DNA from: Eledone cirrhosa
Lineage: Eukaryota
Reading direction: 5' to 3'
Assembly: GCA_964016885.1 (NCBI GenBank)
Contig: OZ024741.1
Location: 18,290,001 to 18,354,000 of the forward strand
DNA: 64,000 bases
This document shows positions 1 to 15,200 of this stretch, piece after piece. The translations under genes and the position numbers were made by a program. Below the pieces are notes generated by a model. The model searched no databases, had not been told where the DNA came from, and saw nothing but the letters and a program-made list of their open reading frames with translations. How positions within the stretch are numbered: the first letter of the stretch is position 1; every line of letters begins with the position of its first letter.

Positions 1-16
1 ATATATATATATATAT

Positions 17-50
<34 letters not shown>

Positions 51-207
51 ACATATATATGTGTGTGTGTAAATATAAATATACATATGACAGCAGATGT
101 AATGTAAGCGTATGGTGGTAAAATAGAGATATATAATATGAAGCAGATATGTGAAGATATACTAGAGAGAAGAAAAGAGTACATTAGAAAGGGGAGACAA
201 TAACTCC

Positions 208-3200
208 AGTGGAGGGTGAACATGGAGTGGCTTGTCACTTGTGTGTGAGTGGAGGGTGAACATGGAGTGGCTTGTCACTTGTGTGTGAGTGGAGGGTGAA
301 CATGGAGTGGCTTGTCACTTGTGTGTGAGTGGAGGGTGAACATGGAGTGGCTTGTCACTTGTGTGTGGGTGGAGGGTGAACATGGAGTGGCTTGTCATTT
401 GTGTGTGGGTGGAGGGTGAACATGGAGTGGCTTGTCACTAGTGTGTGAGTGGAGGGTGAACATGGAGTGGCTTGTCACTTGTGTGTGGGTGGAGGGTGAA
501 CATGGAGTGGCTTGTCACTTGTGTGTGGGTGGAGGGTGAACATGGAGTGGCTTGTCACTTGTGTGTGAGTGGAGGGTGAACATGGAGTGGCTTGTCACTA
601 GTGTGTGGGTGGAGGGTGAACATGGAGTGGCTTGTCACTTGTGTGTGGGTGGAGGGTGAACATGGAGTGGCTTGTCACTTGTGTGTGAGTGGAGGGTGAA
701 CATGGAGTGGCTTGTCACTTGTGTGTGGGTGGAGGGTGAACATGGAGTGGCTTGTCACTTGTGTGTGGGTGGAGGGTGAACATGGAGTGGCTTGTCACTT
801 GTGTGTGGGTGGAGGGTGAACATGGAGTGGCTTGTCACTTGTGTGTGAGTGGAGGGTGAACATGGAGTGGCTTGTCACTAGTGTGTGGGTGGAGGGTGAA
901 CATGGAGTGGCTTGTCACTTGTGTGTGGGTGGAGGGTGAACATGGAGTGGCTTGTCACTTGTGTGTGGGTGGAGGGTGAACATGGAGTGGCTTGTCACTT
1001 GTGTGTGGGTGGAGGGTGAACATGGAGTGGCTTGTCACTTGTGTGTGGGTGGAGGGTGAACATGAAGTGGCTTGTCACTTGTGTGTGGGTGGAGGGTGAA
1101 CATGGAGTGGCTTGTCACTTGTGTGTGGGTGGAGGGTGAACATGGAGTGGCTTGTCACTTGTGTGTGGGTGGAGGGTGAACATGGAGTGGCTTGTCACTT
1201 GTGTGTGGGTGGAGGGTGAACATGGAGTGGCTTGTCACTTGTGTGTGGGTGGAGGGTGAACATGGAGTGGCTTGTCACTTGTGTGTGGGTGGAGGGTGAA
1301 CATGGAGTGGCTTGTCACTTGTCTGTGAGTGGAGGGTGAACATGGAGTGGCTTGTCACTTGTGTGTGGGTGGAGGGTGAACATGGAGTGGCTTGTCATTT
1401 GTCTGTGAGTGGAGGTGAACATGGAGTGGCTTGTCATTTGTGTATGGGTGGAGGGTGAACATGGAGTGGCTTGTCATTTGTCTGTGAGTGGAGGGTGAAC
1501 ATGGAGTGGCTTGTCACTTGTGTGTGGGTGGAGGGTGAACATGGAGTGGCTTGTCATTTGTCTGTGAGTGGAGGTGAACATGGAGTGGCTTGTCATTTGT
1601 GTATGGGTGGAGGGTGAACATGGAGTGGCTTGTCATTTGTCTGTGAGTGGAGGTGAACATGGAGTGGCTTGTCATTTGTGTGTGGGTGGAGGGTGAACAT
1701 GGAGTGGCTTGTCACTTGTGTGTGAGTGGAGGGTGAACATGGAGTGGCTTGTCACTAGTGTGTGGGTGGAGGGTGAACATGGAGTGGCTTGTCACTTGTG
1801 TGTGGGTGGAGGATGAACATGGAGTGGCTTGTCACTTGTGTGTGGGTGGAGGGTGAACATGGAGTGGCTTGTCACTTGTGTATGAGTGGAGGGTGAACAT
1901 GGAGTGGCTTGTAACTTGTGTATGAGTGGAGGGTGAACATGGAGTGGCTTGTCACTTGTGTGTGAGTGGAGGGTGAACATGGAGTGGCTTGTCACTTGTG
2001 TATGAGTGGAGGGTGAACATGGAGTGGCTTGTCACTAGTGTGTGGGTGGAGGGTGAACATGGAGTGGCTTGTCAGTTGTGTGTGGGTGGAGGGTGAACAT
2101 GGAGTGGCTTGTCACTTGTGTGTGGGTGGAGGGTTAACATGGAGTGGCTTGTCACTTGTGTGTGAGTGGAGGGTGAACATGGAGTGGCTTGTCACTTATG
2201 TGTGGGTGGAGGGTGAACATGGAGTGGCTTGTCACTTGTCTGTGAGTGGAGGGTGAACATGGAGTGGCTTGTCACTTGTGTGTGGGTGGAGGGTGAACAT
2301 GGAGTGGCTTGTCACTTGTGTGTGGGTGGAGGGTGAACATGGAGTGGCTTGTCATTTGTGTATGAGTGGAGGGTGAACATGGAGTGGCTTGTCACTTGTG
2401 TGTGAGTGGAGGGTGAACATGGAGTGGCTTGTCACTAGTGTGTGGGTGGAGGGTGAACATGGAGTGGCTTGTCACTTGTGTGTGGGTGGAGGATGAACAT
2501 GGAGTGGCTTGTCACTTGTGTGTGAGTGGAGGGTGATCATGGAGTGGCTTGTCACTTGTGTGTGGGTGGAGGGTGAATATGGAGTGGCTTGTCACTTGTC
2601 TGTGAGTGGAGGTGAACATGGAGTGGCTTGTCACTTGTCTGTGAGTGGAGGGTGAACATGGAGTGGCTTGTCACTTGTGTGTGAGTGGAGGGTGAACATG
2701 GAGTGGCTTGTCACTTGTGTGTGGGTGGAGGGTGAACATGGAGTGGCTTGTCACTTGTGTGTGAGTGGAGGGTGAACATGGAGTGGCTTGTCACTTGTGT
2801 GTGGGTGGAGGGTGAACATGGAGTGGCTTGTCACTTGTGTGTGGGTGGAGGGTGAACATGGAGTGGCTTGTCACTTGTGTGTGAGTGGAGGGTGAACATG
2901 GAGTGGCTTGTCACTTGTGTGTGGGTGGAGGGTGAACATGGAGTGGCTTGTCACTTGTGTGTGGGTGGAGGGTGAACATGGAGTGGCTTGTCACTTGTGT
3001 GTTGGTGGAGGGTGAACAAGGAGTGGCTTGTCACTTGTGTGTGGGTGGAGGGTGAACATGAAGTGGCTTGTCACTTGTGTGTGGGTGGAGGGTGAACATG
3101 GAGTGGCTTGTCACTTGTGTGTGGGTGGAGGGTGAACATGGAGTGGCTTGTCACTTGTGTGTGGGTGGAGGGTGAACATGGAGTGGCTTGTCACTTGTGT

Positions 3201-6200
3201 GTGGGTGGAGGGTGAACATGGAGTGGCTTGTCACTTGTGTGTGGGTGGAGGGTGAACATGGAGTGGCTTGTCACTTGTGTGTGGGTGGAGGGTGAACATG
3301 GAGTGGCTTGTCACTTGTCTGTGAGTGGAGGGTGAACATGGAGTGGCTTGTCACTTGTGTGTGGGTGGAGGGTGAACATGGAGTGGCTTGTCATTTGTCT
3401 GTGAGTGGAGGTGAACATGGAGTGGCTTGTCATTTGTGTATGGGTGGAGGGTGAACATGGAGTGGCTTGTCATTTGTCTGTGAGTGGAGGGTGAACATGG
3501 AGTGGCTTGTCACTTGTGTGTGGGTGGAGGGTGAACATGGAGTGGCTTGTCATTTGTCTGTGAGTGGAGGTGAACATAGAGTGGCTTGTCATTTGTGTAT
3601 GGGTGGAGGGTGAACATGGAGTGGCTTGTCATTTGTCTGTGAGTGGAGGTGAACATGGAGTGGCTTGTCATTTGTGTGTGGGTGGAGGGTGAACATGGAG
3701 TGGCTTGTCACTTGTGTGTGAGTGGAGGGTGAACATCGAGTGGCTTGTCACTAGTGTGTGGGTGGAGGGTGAACATGGATTGGCTTGTCACTTGTGTGTG
3801 GGTGGAGGATGAACATGGAGTGGCTTGTCACTTGTGTGTGGGTGGAGGGTGAACATGGAGTGGCTTGTCACTTGTGTATGAGTGGAGGGTGAACATGGAG
3901 TGGCTTGTAACTTGTGTATGAGTGGAGGGTGAACATGGAGTGGCTTGTCACTTGTGTGTGAGTGGAGGGTGAACATGGAGTGGCTTGTCACTTGTGTATG
4001 AGTGGAGGGTGAACATGGAGTGGCTTGTCACTAGTGTGTGGGTGGAGGGTGAACATGGAGTGGCTTGTCACTTGTGTGTGGGTGGAGGGTGAACATGGAG
4101 TGGCTTGTCACTTGTGTGTGGGTGGAGGGTGAACATGGAGTGGCTTGTCACTTGTGTGTGAGTGGAGGGTGAACATGGAGTGGCTTGTCACTTATGTGTG
4201 GGTGGAGGGTGAACATGGAGTGGCTTGTCACTTGTCTGTGAGTGGAGGGTGAACATGGAGTGGCTTGTCACTTGTGTGTGGGTGGAGGGTGAACATGGAG
4301 TGGCTTGTCACTTGTGTGTGGGTGGAGGGTGAACATGGAGTGGCTTGTCATTTGTGTATGAGTGGAGGGTGAACATGGAGTGGCTTGTCACTTGTGTGTG
4401 AGTGGAGGGTGAACATGGAGTGGCTTGTCACTAGTGTGTGGGTGGAGGGTGAACATGGAGTGGCTTGTCACTTGTGTGTGGGTGGAGGATGAAAATGGAG
4501 TGGCTTGTCACTTGTGTGTGAGTGGAGGGTGATCATGGAGTGGCTTGTCACTTGTGTGTGGGTGGAGGGTGAATATGGAGTGGCTTGTCACTTGTCTGTG
4601 AGTGGAGGTGAACATGGAGTGGCTTGTCACTTGTCTGTGAGTGGAGGGTGAACATGGAGTGGCTTGTCACTTGTGTGTGAGTGGAGGGTGAACATGGAGT
4701 GGCTTGTCACTTGTGTGTGGGTGGAGGGTGAACATGGAGTGGCTTGTCACTTGTGTGTGAGTGGAGGGTGAACATGGAGTGGCTTGTCACTTGTGTGTGA
4801 GTGGAGGGTGAACATGGAGTGGCTTGTCACTTGTGTGTGGGTGGAGGGTGAACATGGAGTGGCTTGTCACTTATGTGTGGGTGGAGGGTGAACATGGAGT
4901 GGCTTGTCACTTGTGTGTGAGTGGAGGGTGAACATGGAGTGGATTGTCACTTGTGTGTGAGTGGAGGGTGAACATGGAGTGGCTTGTCACTTGTGTGTGA
5001 GTGGAGGGTGAACATGGAGTGGCTTGTCACTTGTGTGTGAGTGGAGGGTGAACATGGAGTGGCTTGTCACTTGTGTGTGGGTGGAGGTTGAACATGGAGT
5101 GGCTTGTCACTTGTGTGTGAGTGGAGGGTGAACATGGAGTGGCTTGTCACTTGTGTGTGGGTGGAGGGTGAACATGGAGTGGCTTGTCACTTGTGTGTGG
5201 GTGGAGGGTGAACATGGAGTGGCTTGTCACTTGTGTGTGGGTGGAGGGTGAACATGGAGTGGCTTGTCACTTGTGTGTGGGTGGAGGGTGAACATGGAGT
5301 GGCTTGTCACTTGTTTGTGGGTGGAGGGTGAACATGGAGTGGCTTGTCACTTGTGTGTGGGTGGAGGGTGAACATGGAGTGGCTTGTCACTTGTGTGTGG
5401 GTGGAGGGTGAACATGGAGTGGCTTGTCACTTGTGTGTGAGTGGAGGGTGAACATGGAGTGGCTTGTCACTTGTGTGTGAGTGGAGGGTGAACATGGAGT
5501 GGCTTGTCACTTGTGTGTGGGTGGAGGGTGAACATGGAGTGGCTTGTCACTTGTGTGTGGGTGGAAGGTGAAAATGAGTGACTTGTCACTTGTGTGTGAG
5601 TGGAGGGTGAACATGGAGTGGCTTGTCACTTGTGTGTGGGTGGAGGGTGAACATGGAGTGGCTTGTCACTTGTGTGTGGGTGGAGGGTCAACATGGAGTG
5701 GCTTGTCACTTGTGTGTGAGTGGAGGGTGAACATGGAGTGGCTTGTCACTTGTGTGTGGGTGAAGGGTGAACATGGAGTGGCTTGTCACTTGTGTGTGGG
5801 TGGAGGGTGAACATGGAGTGGCTTGTCACTTGTGTGTGAGTGGAGGGTGAACATGGAGTGGCTTGTCACTTGTCTGTGAGTGGAGGGTGAACATGGAGTG
5901 GCTTGTCACTTGTGTGTGGGTGGAGGGTGAACATGGAGTGGCTTGTCACTTGTGTGTGGGTGGAGGGTGAACATGGAGTGGCTTGTCACTTGTGTGTGGG
6001 TGGAGGGTGAACATGGAGTGGCTTGTCACTTGTGTGTGAGTGGAGGGTGAACATGGAGTGGCTTGTCACTTGTGTGTGGGTGGAGGGTGAACATGGAGTG
6101 GCTTGTCACTTGTGTGTGAGTGGAGGGTGAACATGGAGTGGCTTGTCACTTGTGTGTGAGTGGAGGGTGAACATGGAGTGGATTGTCACTTGTGTGTGGG

Positions 6201-9200
6201 TGGAGGGTGAACATGGAGTGGCTTGTCACTTGTGTGTGGGTGGAGGGTGAAAATGGAGTGGCTTGTCACTTGTGTGTGAGTGGAGGGTGAACATGGAGTG
6301 GCTTGTCACTTGTCTGTGAGTGGAGGGTGAACATGGAGTGGCTTGTCACTTGTCTGTCAGTGGAGGGTGAACATGGAGTGGCTTGTCAATTGTGTGTGGG
6401 TGGAGGGTGAACATGGAGTGGCTTGTCACTTGTGTGTGGGTGGAGGGTGAACATGGAGTGGCTTGTCACTTGTGTGTGGGTGGAGGGTGAACATGGAGTG
6501 GCTTGTCACTTGTGTGTGGGTGGAGGGTGAACATGGAGTGGCTTGTCACTTGTGTGTGAGTGGAGGGTGAACATGGAGTGGCTTGTCACTTGTCTGTGAG
6601 TGGAGGGTGAACATGGAGTGGCTTGTCACTTGTCTGTGAGTGGAGGGTGAACATGGAGTGGCTTGTCACTTGTGTGTGGGTGGAGGGTGAACATGGAGTG
6701 GCTTGTCACTTGTGTGTGGGTGGAGGGTGAACATGGAGTGGCTTGTCACTTGTGTCTGGGTGGACGGTGAACATGGATTGGCTTGTCACTTGTGTGTGAG
6801 TGGAGGGTGAACATGGAGTGGCTTGTCACTTGTGTGTGGGTGGAGGATGAACATGGAGTGGCTTGTCACTTGTGTGTGAGTGGAGGGTGAACATGGAGTG
6901 GCTTGTCACTTGTGTGTGGGTGGAGGGTGAACATGGAGTGGCTTGTCACTTGTGTGTGAGTGGAGGGTGAACATGGAGTGGCTTGTCACTTGTGTGTGGG
7001 TGGAGGGTGAACATGGAGTGGCTTGTAACTTGTGTGTGGGTGGAGGGTGAACCTGGAGTGGCTTGTCACTTGTGTGTGAGTGGAGGGTGAACATGGAGTG
7101 GCTTGTCACTTGTGTGTGAGTGGAGGGTGAACATGGAGTGGCTTGTCACTTGTGTGTGAGTGGAGGGTGAACATGGAGTGGCTTGTCACTTGTGTGTGGG
7201 TGGAGGGTGAACATGGAGTGGCTTGTAACTTGTGTGTGGGTGGAGGGTGAACCTGGAGTGGCTTGTCACTTGTGTGTGAGTGGAGGGTGAACATGGATTG
7301 GCTTGTCACTTGTGTGTGAGTGGAGGGTGAACATGGAGTGGCTTGTCACTTGTGTGTGGGTGGAGGGTGAACATGGAGTGGCTTGTCATTTGTGTGTGAG
7401 TGGAGGGTGATCATGGATAGACTTGTCACTTGTGTGTGAGTGGAGGGTGAACATGGAGTGGCTTGTCACTTGTGTGTGGGTGGAGGGAGAACATGGAGTG
7501 GCTTGTCACCTGTGTGTGGGTGGAGGGTGAACATGGAGTGGCTTGTCACTTGTGTGTGAGTGGAGGTTGATCATGGATAGACTTGTCACTTGTGTGTGGG
7601 TGGAGGGTGAACATGGAGTGGCTTGTCACTTGTGTGTGAGTGGAGGGTGAACATGGAGTGGCTTGTCACTTGTGTGTGAGTGGAGGGTGAACATGGATAG
7701 ACTTGTCACTTGTGTGTGGGTGGAGGGTGAACATGGAGTGGCTTGTCACTTGTGTGTGGGTTAAGGGTGAACATGGAGTGGCTTGTCACTTGTGTGTGAG
7801 TGGAGGGTGAACATGGATAGACTTGTCACTTGTGTGTGGGTGGAGGGTGAACATGGAGTGACTTGTCACTTGTGTGTGGGTGGAGGGTGAACATGGAGTG
7901 GCTTGTCACTTGTGTGTGGGTGGAGGGTGAACATGGAGTGGCTTGTCACTTGTGTGCGAGTGGAGGGTGATCATGGATAGACTTGTCACTTGTGTGAGAG
8001 TGGAGGGTGAACATGGAGTGGCTTGTCACTTGTGTGTGGGTGGAGGGTGAACATGGAGTGGCTTGTGACTTGTGTGTGGGTGGAGGGTGAACATGGAGTG
8101 GCTTGTCACTTGTGTGTGAGTGGAGGGTGATCATGGATAGACTTGTCACTTGTGTGTGGGTGGAGGGTGACCATGGAGTGGCTTGTCACTTGTGTGTGAG
8201 TGGAGGGTGATCATGGATAGACTTGTCACTTGTGTGTGAGTGGAGGGTGAACATGGAGTGGCTTGTCACTTGTGTGTGAGTGGAGGGTGAACATGGAGTG
8301 GCTTGTCACTTGTGTGTGGGTGGAGGGTGAACATGGAGTGGCTTGTCACTTGTGTGTGAGTGGTGGGTGAACATGGAGTGGCTTGTCACTTGTGTGTGGG
8401 TGGAGGGTGAACATGGAGTGGCTTGTCACTTGTGTGTGGGTGGAGGGTGAACATGGAGTGGCTTGTCACTTGTGTGTGAGTGGAGGGTGAACATGGAGTG
8501 GCTTGTCACTTGTGTGTGGGTGGAGGGTGATCATGGATAGATTTGTCACTTGTGTGTGGGTGGAGGGTGAACATGGTGTGGCTTGTCACTTGTGTGTGAG
8601 TGGAGGGTGAACATGGAGTGGCTTGTCACTTGTGTGTGGGTGGAGGGTGAACATGGAGTGGCTTGTCACTTGTGTGTGGGTGGAGGGTGAACATGGAGTG
8701 GCTTGTCACTTGTGTCTGGGTGGAGGGTGAACATGGACTGGCTTGTCAATAGTGTGTGAGTGGAGGGTGAACATGGAGTGGCTTGTCACTTGTGTGTGGG
8801 TGGAGGATGAACATGAGTGGCTTGTCACTTGTGTGTGAGTGGAGGGTGAACATGGAGTGGCTTGTCACTTGTGTGTGGGTGGAGGCTGAACATGGAGTGG
8901 CTTGTCACTTGTGTGTGAGTGGAGTGTGAACATGGAGTGGCTTGTCACTTGTGTGTGGGTGGAGGGTGAACATGGAGTGGCTTGTAACTTGTGTGTGGAT
9001 GGAGGGTGAACATGGAGTGGCTTGTCACTTGTGTGTGAGTGGAGGGTGAACATGGAGTGGCTTGTCACTTGTGTGTGGGTGGAGGGTGAACATGGAGTGG
9101 CTTGTCACTTGTGTGTGGGTGGAGGGTGAACATGGAGTGGCTTGTCACTTGTGTGTGGGTGGAGGGTGAACATGGAGTGGCTTGTCACTTGTGTGTGAGT

Positions 9201-12200
9201 GGAGGGTGAACATGGAGTGGCTTGTCACTTGTGTGTGGGTGGAGGGTGATCATGGATAGATTTGTCACTTGTGTGTGGGTGGAGGGTGAACATGGTGTGG
9301 CTTGTGACTTGTGTGTGAGTGGAGGGTGAACATGGAGTGGCTTGTCACTTGTGTGTGGGTGGAGGGTGAACATGGAGTGGCTTGTCACTTGTGTGTGGGT
9401 GGAGGGTGAACATGGAGTGGCTTGTCACTTGTGTCTGGGTGGAGGGTGAACATGGACTGGCTTGTCACCTGTGTGTGAATGGAGGGTGAACATGGAGTGG
9501 CTTGTCACTTGTGTGTGGGTGGAGGATGAACATGAGTGGCTTGTCACTTGTGTGTGAGTGGAGGGTGAACATGGAGTGGCTTGTCACTTGTGTGTGGGTG
9601 GAGGCTGAACATGGAGTGGCTTGTCACTTGTGTGTGAGTGGAGTGTGAACATGGAGTGGCTTGTCACTTGTGTGTGGGTGGAGGGTGAACATGGAGTGGC
9701 TTGTAACTTGTGTGTGGGTGGAGGGTGAACATGGAGTGGCTTGTCACTTGTGTGTGAGTGGAGGGTGAACATGGAGTGGCTCGTCACTTGTGTGTGGGTG
9801 GAGGGTGAACATGGAGTGGCTTGTCACTTGTGTGTGGGTGGACGGTGAACATGGAGTGGCTTGTCACTTGTGTGTGGGTGGAGGGTGAACATGGAGTGGC
9901 TTGTCACTTGTGTCTGGGTGGAGGGTGAACATGGAGTGGCTTGTCACCTGTGTGTGGGTGGAGTGTGAACATGGAGTGATTTGTCACTTGTGTGTGGGTG
10001 GAGGGTGAACATGGAGTGGCTTGTCACTTGTGTGTGAGTGGAGGGTGATCATGGATAGACTTGTCACTTGTGTGTGAGTGGAGGGTGAACATGGAGTGGC
10101 TTGTCACTTGTGTGTGGGTGGAGGGTGAACATGGAGTGGCTTGTCACTTGTGTGTGGGTGGAGGGTGAACATGGAGTGGCTTGTCACTTGTGTGTGAGTG
10201 GAGGGTAACATGGATAGACTTGTCACTTGTGTGTGAGTGGAGGGTGAACATGGAGTGGCTTGTCACTTGTGTGTGGGTGGAGGGTGAACCTGGAGTGGCT
10301 TGTTACTTGTGTGTGAGTGGAGGGTAACATGGATAGACTTGTCACTTGTGTGTGAGTGGAGGGTGAACATGGAGTGGCTTGTCACTTGTGTGTGGGTGGA
10401 GGGTGAACATGGAGTGGCTTGTCACTTGTGTGTGGGTGGAGGGTGAACATGGAGTGGCTTGTCACTTGTGTGTGAGTGGAGGGTAACATGGATAGACTTG
10501 TCACTTGTGTGTGAGTGGAGGGTGAACATGGAGTGGCTTGTCACTTGTGTGTGGGTGGAGGGTGAACATGGAGTGGCTTGTCACTTGTGTGAGGGTGGAG
10601 GGTGAACATGGAGTGGCTTGTCACTTGTTTGTGGGTGGAGGGTGATCATGGATAGACTTGTCACTTGTGTGTGAGTGGAGGGTGAACATGGAGTGGCTTG
10701 TCACTTGTGTGTGAGTGGAGGGTGAACATGGAGTGGCTTGTCACTTGTGTGTGAGTGGAGGGTAACATGGATAGACTTGTCACTTGTGTGTGAGTGGAGG
10801 GTGAACATGGAGTGGCTTGTCACTTGTGTGTGGGTGGAGGGTGAACATGGAGTGGCTTGTCATTTGTGTGTGGGTGGAGGATGAACATGGAGTGGCTTGT
10901 CACCTGTGTGTGAGTGGAGGGTGAACATGGAGTGGCTTGTCACTTGTGTGTGAGTGGAGGGTGAACATGGAGTGGCTTGTCACTTGTGTGTGGGTGGAGG
11001 GTGAACATGGAGTGGCTTGTCACTTGTGTGTGAGTGGAGGGTGAACATGGAGTGGCTTGTCACTTGTGTGTGAGTGGAGGGTGAACATGGAGTGGCTTGT
11101 CACTTGTGTGTGGGTGGAGGGTGAACATGGAGTGGCTTGTCACTTGTGTGCGGGTGGAGGGTGAACATGGAGTGGATTGTCACTTGTGTGTGAGTGGAGG
11201 GTGAACATGGAGAGGCTTGTCACTTGTGTGTGAGTGGAGGGTGATCATGGAGTGGCTTGTCACTTGTGTGTGAGTGGAGGGTGAACATGGAGAGGCTTGT
11301 CACTTGTGTGTGGGTGGAGGGTGAACATGGAGTGGCTTGTCACTTGTGTGTGGGTGGAGGGTGAACATGGAGTGGCTTGTCACTTGTGTGTGAGTGGAGG
11401 GTGATCATGGAGTGGCTTGTCACTTGTGTGTGAGTGGAGGGTGAACATGGAGAGGCTTGTCACTTGTGTGTGGGTGGAGGGTGAACATGGAGTGGCTTGT
11501 CACTTTTGTGTGGGTGGAGGGTGAACATGGAGTGGCTTGTCACTTGTGTGTGGGTGGAGGGTGAACATGGAGTGGCTTGTCACTTGTGTGTGAGTGGAGG
11601 GTGAACATGGAGTGGCTTGTCACTTGTGTGTGAGTGGAGGGTGAACATGGAGTGGCTTGTCACTTGTGTGTGAGTGGAGGGTGAACATGGAGTGGCTTGT
11701 CACTTGTGTGTGGGTGGAGGGTGAACATGGAGTGTCTTGTCACTTGTGTGTGAGTGGAGGGTAAACATGGAGTGGCTTGTCACTTGTGTGTGAGTGGAGG
11801 GTAACATGGATAGACTTGTCACTTGTGTGTGAGTGGAGGGTGAACATGGAGTGGCTTGTCACTTGTGTGTGGGTGGAGGGTGAACATGGAGTGGCTTGTC
11901 ACTTGTGTGTGGGTGGAGGGTGAATATGGAGTGGCTTGTCACTTGTGTGTGAGTGGAGGGTGATCATGGAGTGGCTTGTCACTTGTGTGTGGGTGGAGGG
12001 TGAATATGGAGTGGCTTGTCACTTGTGTGTGAGTGGAGGGTGAACATGGAGAGGCTTGTCACTTGTGTGTGGGTGGAGGGTGAACATGGAGTGGCTAGTC
12101 ACTTGTGTGTGGGTGGAGGGTGAACATGGAGTGGCTTGTCACTTGTGTGTGAGTGGAGGGTGAACATGGTGTGGCTTGTCACTTGTGTGTGGGTGGAGGG

Positions 12201-15200
12201 TGAACATGGAGTGGCTTGTCACTTGTGTGTGGGTGGATGGTGAACATGGAGTGGCTTGTCACTTGTGTGTGCGTGGAGGGTGAACATGGAGTGGCTTGTC
12301 ACTTGTGTGTGAGTGGAAGGTAACATGGATAGACTTGTCACTTTTGTGTGAGTGGAGGGTGAACATGGAGTGGCTTGTCACTTGTGTGTGGGTGGAGGGT
12401 GAACATGGAGTGGCTTGTCACTTGTGTGTGGGTGGAGGATGAACATGGAGTAGCTTGTCACTTGTGTGTGGGTGGAGGGTGAACATGGATAGACTTGTCA
12501 CTTGTGTGTGGGTGGAGGGTGAACATGGAGTGGCTTGTCACTTGTGTGTGGGTGGAGGGTGAACATGGAGTGGCTTGTCACTTGTGTGTGGGTGGAGGGT
12601 GAACATGGATAGACTTGTCACTTGTGTGTGGGTGGAGGGTGAACATGGAGTGGCTTGTCACTTGTGTGTGGGTGGAGGGTGAACATGGAGTGGCTTGTCA
12701 CTTGTGTGTGGGTGGAGGGTGAACATGGAGTGGCTTGTCACTTGTGTGTGGGTGGAGGGTGAACATGGATAGACTTATCACTTGTGTGTGGGTAGAGGGT
12801 GAACATGGAGTGGCTTGTCACTTGTGTGTGAGTGGAGGGTGAACATGGAGTGGCTTGTCACTTGTGTGTGGGTGGAGGGTGAACATGGAGTGGCTTGTCA
12901 TTTGTGTATGAGTGGAGGGTGAACATGGAGTGGCTTGTCACTTGTGTGTGAGTGGAGGGTGAACATGGAGTGGCTTGTCACTAGTGTGTGGGTGGAGGGT
13001 GAACATGGAGTGGCTTGTCACTTGTGTGTGGGTGGAGGATGAAAATGGAGTGGCTTGTCACTTGTGTGTGAGTGGAGGGTGATCATGGAGTGGCTTGTCA
13101 CTTGTGTGTGGGTGGAGGGTGAATATGGAGTGGCTTGTCACTTGTCTGTGAGTGGAGGTGAACATGGAGTGGCTTGTCACTTGTCTGTGAGTGGAGGGTG
13201 AACATGGAGTGGCTTGTCACTTGTGTGTGAGTGGAGGGTGAACATGGAGTGGCTTGTCACTTGTGTGTGGGTGGAGGGTGAACATGGAGTGGCTTGTCAC
13301 TTGTGTGTGAGTGGAGGGTGAACATGGAGTGGCTTGTCACTTGTGTGTGAGTGGAGGGTGAACATGGAGTGGCTTGTCACTTGTGTGTGGGTGGAGGGTG
13401 AACATGGAGTGGCTTGTCACTTATGTGTGGGTGGAGGGTGAACATGGAGTGGCTTGTCACTTGTGTGTGAGTGGAGGGTGAACATGGAGTGGATTGTCAC
13501 TTGTGTGTGAGTGGAGGGTGAACATGGAGTGGCTTGTCACTTGTGTGTGAGTGGAGGGTGAACATGGAGTGGCTTGTCACTTGTGTGTGAGTGGAGGGTG
13601 AACATGGAGTGGCTTGTCACTTGTGTGTGGGTGGAGGTTGAACATGGAGTGGCTTGTCACTTGTGTGTGAGTGGAGGGTGAACATGGAGTGGCTTGTCAC
13701 TTGTGTGTGGGTGGAGGGTGAACATGGAGTGGCTTGTCACTTGTGTGTGGGTGGAGGGTGAACATGGAGTGGCTTGTCACTTGTGTGTGGGTGGAGGGTG
13801 AACATGGAGTGGCTTGTCACTTGTGTGTGGGTGGAGGGTGAACATGGAGTGGCTTGTCACTTGTTTGTGGGTGGAGGGTGAACATGGAGTGGCTTGTCAC
13901 TTGTGTGTGGGTGGAGGGTGAACATGGAGTGGCTTGTCACTTGTGTGTGGGTGGAGGGTGAACATGGAGTGGCTTGTCACTTGTGTGTGAGTGGAGGGTG
14001 AACATGGAGTGGCTTGTCACTTGTGTGTGAGTGGAGGGTGAACATGGAGTGGCTTGTCACTTGTGTGTGGGTGGAGGGTGAACATGGAGTGGCTTGTCAC
14101 TTGTGTGTGGGTGGAAGGTGAAAATGAGTGACTTGTCACTTGTGTGTGAGTGGAGGGTGAACATGGAGTGGCTTGTCACTTGTGTGTGGGTGGAGGGTGA
14201 ACATGGAGTGGCTTGTCACTTGTGTGTGGGTGGAGGGTCAACATGGAGTGGCTTGTCACTTGTGTGTGAGTGGAGGGTGAACATGGAGTGGCTTGTCACT
14301 TGTGTGTGGGTGAAGGGTGAACATGGAGTGGCTTGTCACTTGTGTGTGGGTGGAGGGTGAACATGGAGTGGCTTGTCACTTGTGTGTGAGTGGAGGGTGA
14401 ACATGGAGTGGCTTGTCACTTGTCTGTGAGTGGAGGGTGAACATGGAGTGGCTTGTCACTTGTGTGTGGGTGGAGGGTGAACATGGAGTGGCTTGTCACT
14501 TGTGTGTGGGTGGAGGGTGAACATGGAGTGGCTTGTCACTTGTGTGTGGGTGGAGGGTGAACATGGAGTGGCTTGTCACTTGTGTGTGAGTGGAGGGTGA
14601 ACATGGAGTGGCTTGTCACTTGTGTGTGGGTGGAGGGTGAACATGGAGTGGCTTGTCACTTGTGTGTGAGTGGAGGGTGAACATGGAGTGGCTTGTCACT
14701 TGTGTGTGAGTGGAGGGTGAACATGGAGTGGCTTGTCACTTGTGTGTGGGTGGAGGGTGAACATGGAGTGGCTTGTCACTTGTGTGTGGGTGGAGGGTGA
14801 AAATGGAGTGGCTTGTCACTTGTGTGTGAGTGGAGGGTGAACATGGAGTGGCTTGTCACTTGTCTGTGAGTGGAGGGTGAACATGGAGTGGCTTGTCACT
14901 TGTCTGTCAGTGGAGGGTGAACATGGAGTGGCTTGTCAATTGTGTGTGGGTGGAGGGTGAACATGGAGTGGCTTGTCACTTGTGTGTGGGTGGAGGGTGA
15001 ACATGGAGTGGCTTGTCACTTGTGTGTGGGTGGAGGGTGAACATGGAGTGGCTTGTCACTTGTGTGTGGGTGGAGGGTGAACATGGAGTGGCTTGTCACT
15101 TGTGTGTGAGTGGAGGGTGAACATGGAGTGGCTTGTCACTTGTCTGTGAGTGGAGGGTGAACATGGAGTGGCTTGTCACTTGTCTGTGAGTGGAGGGTGA

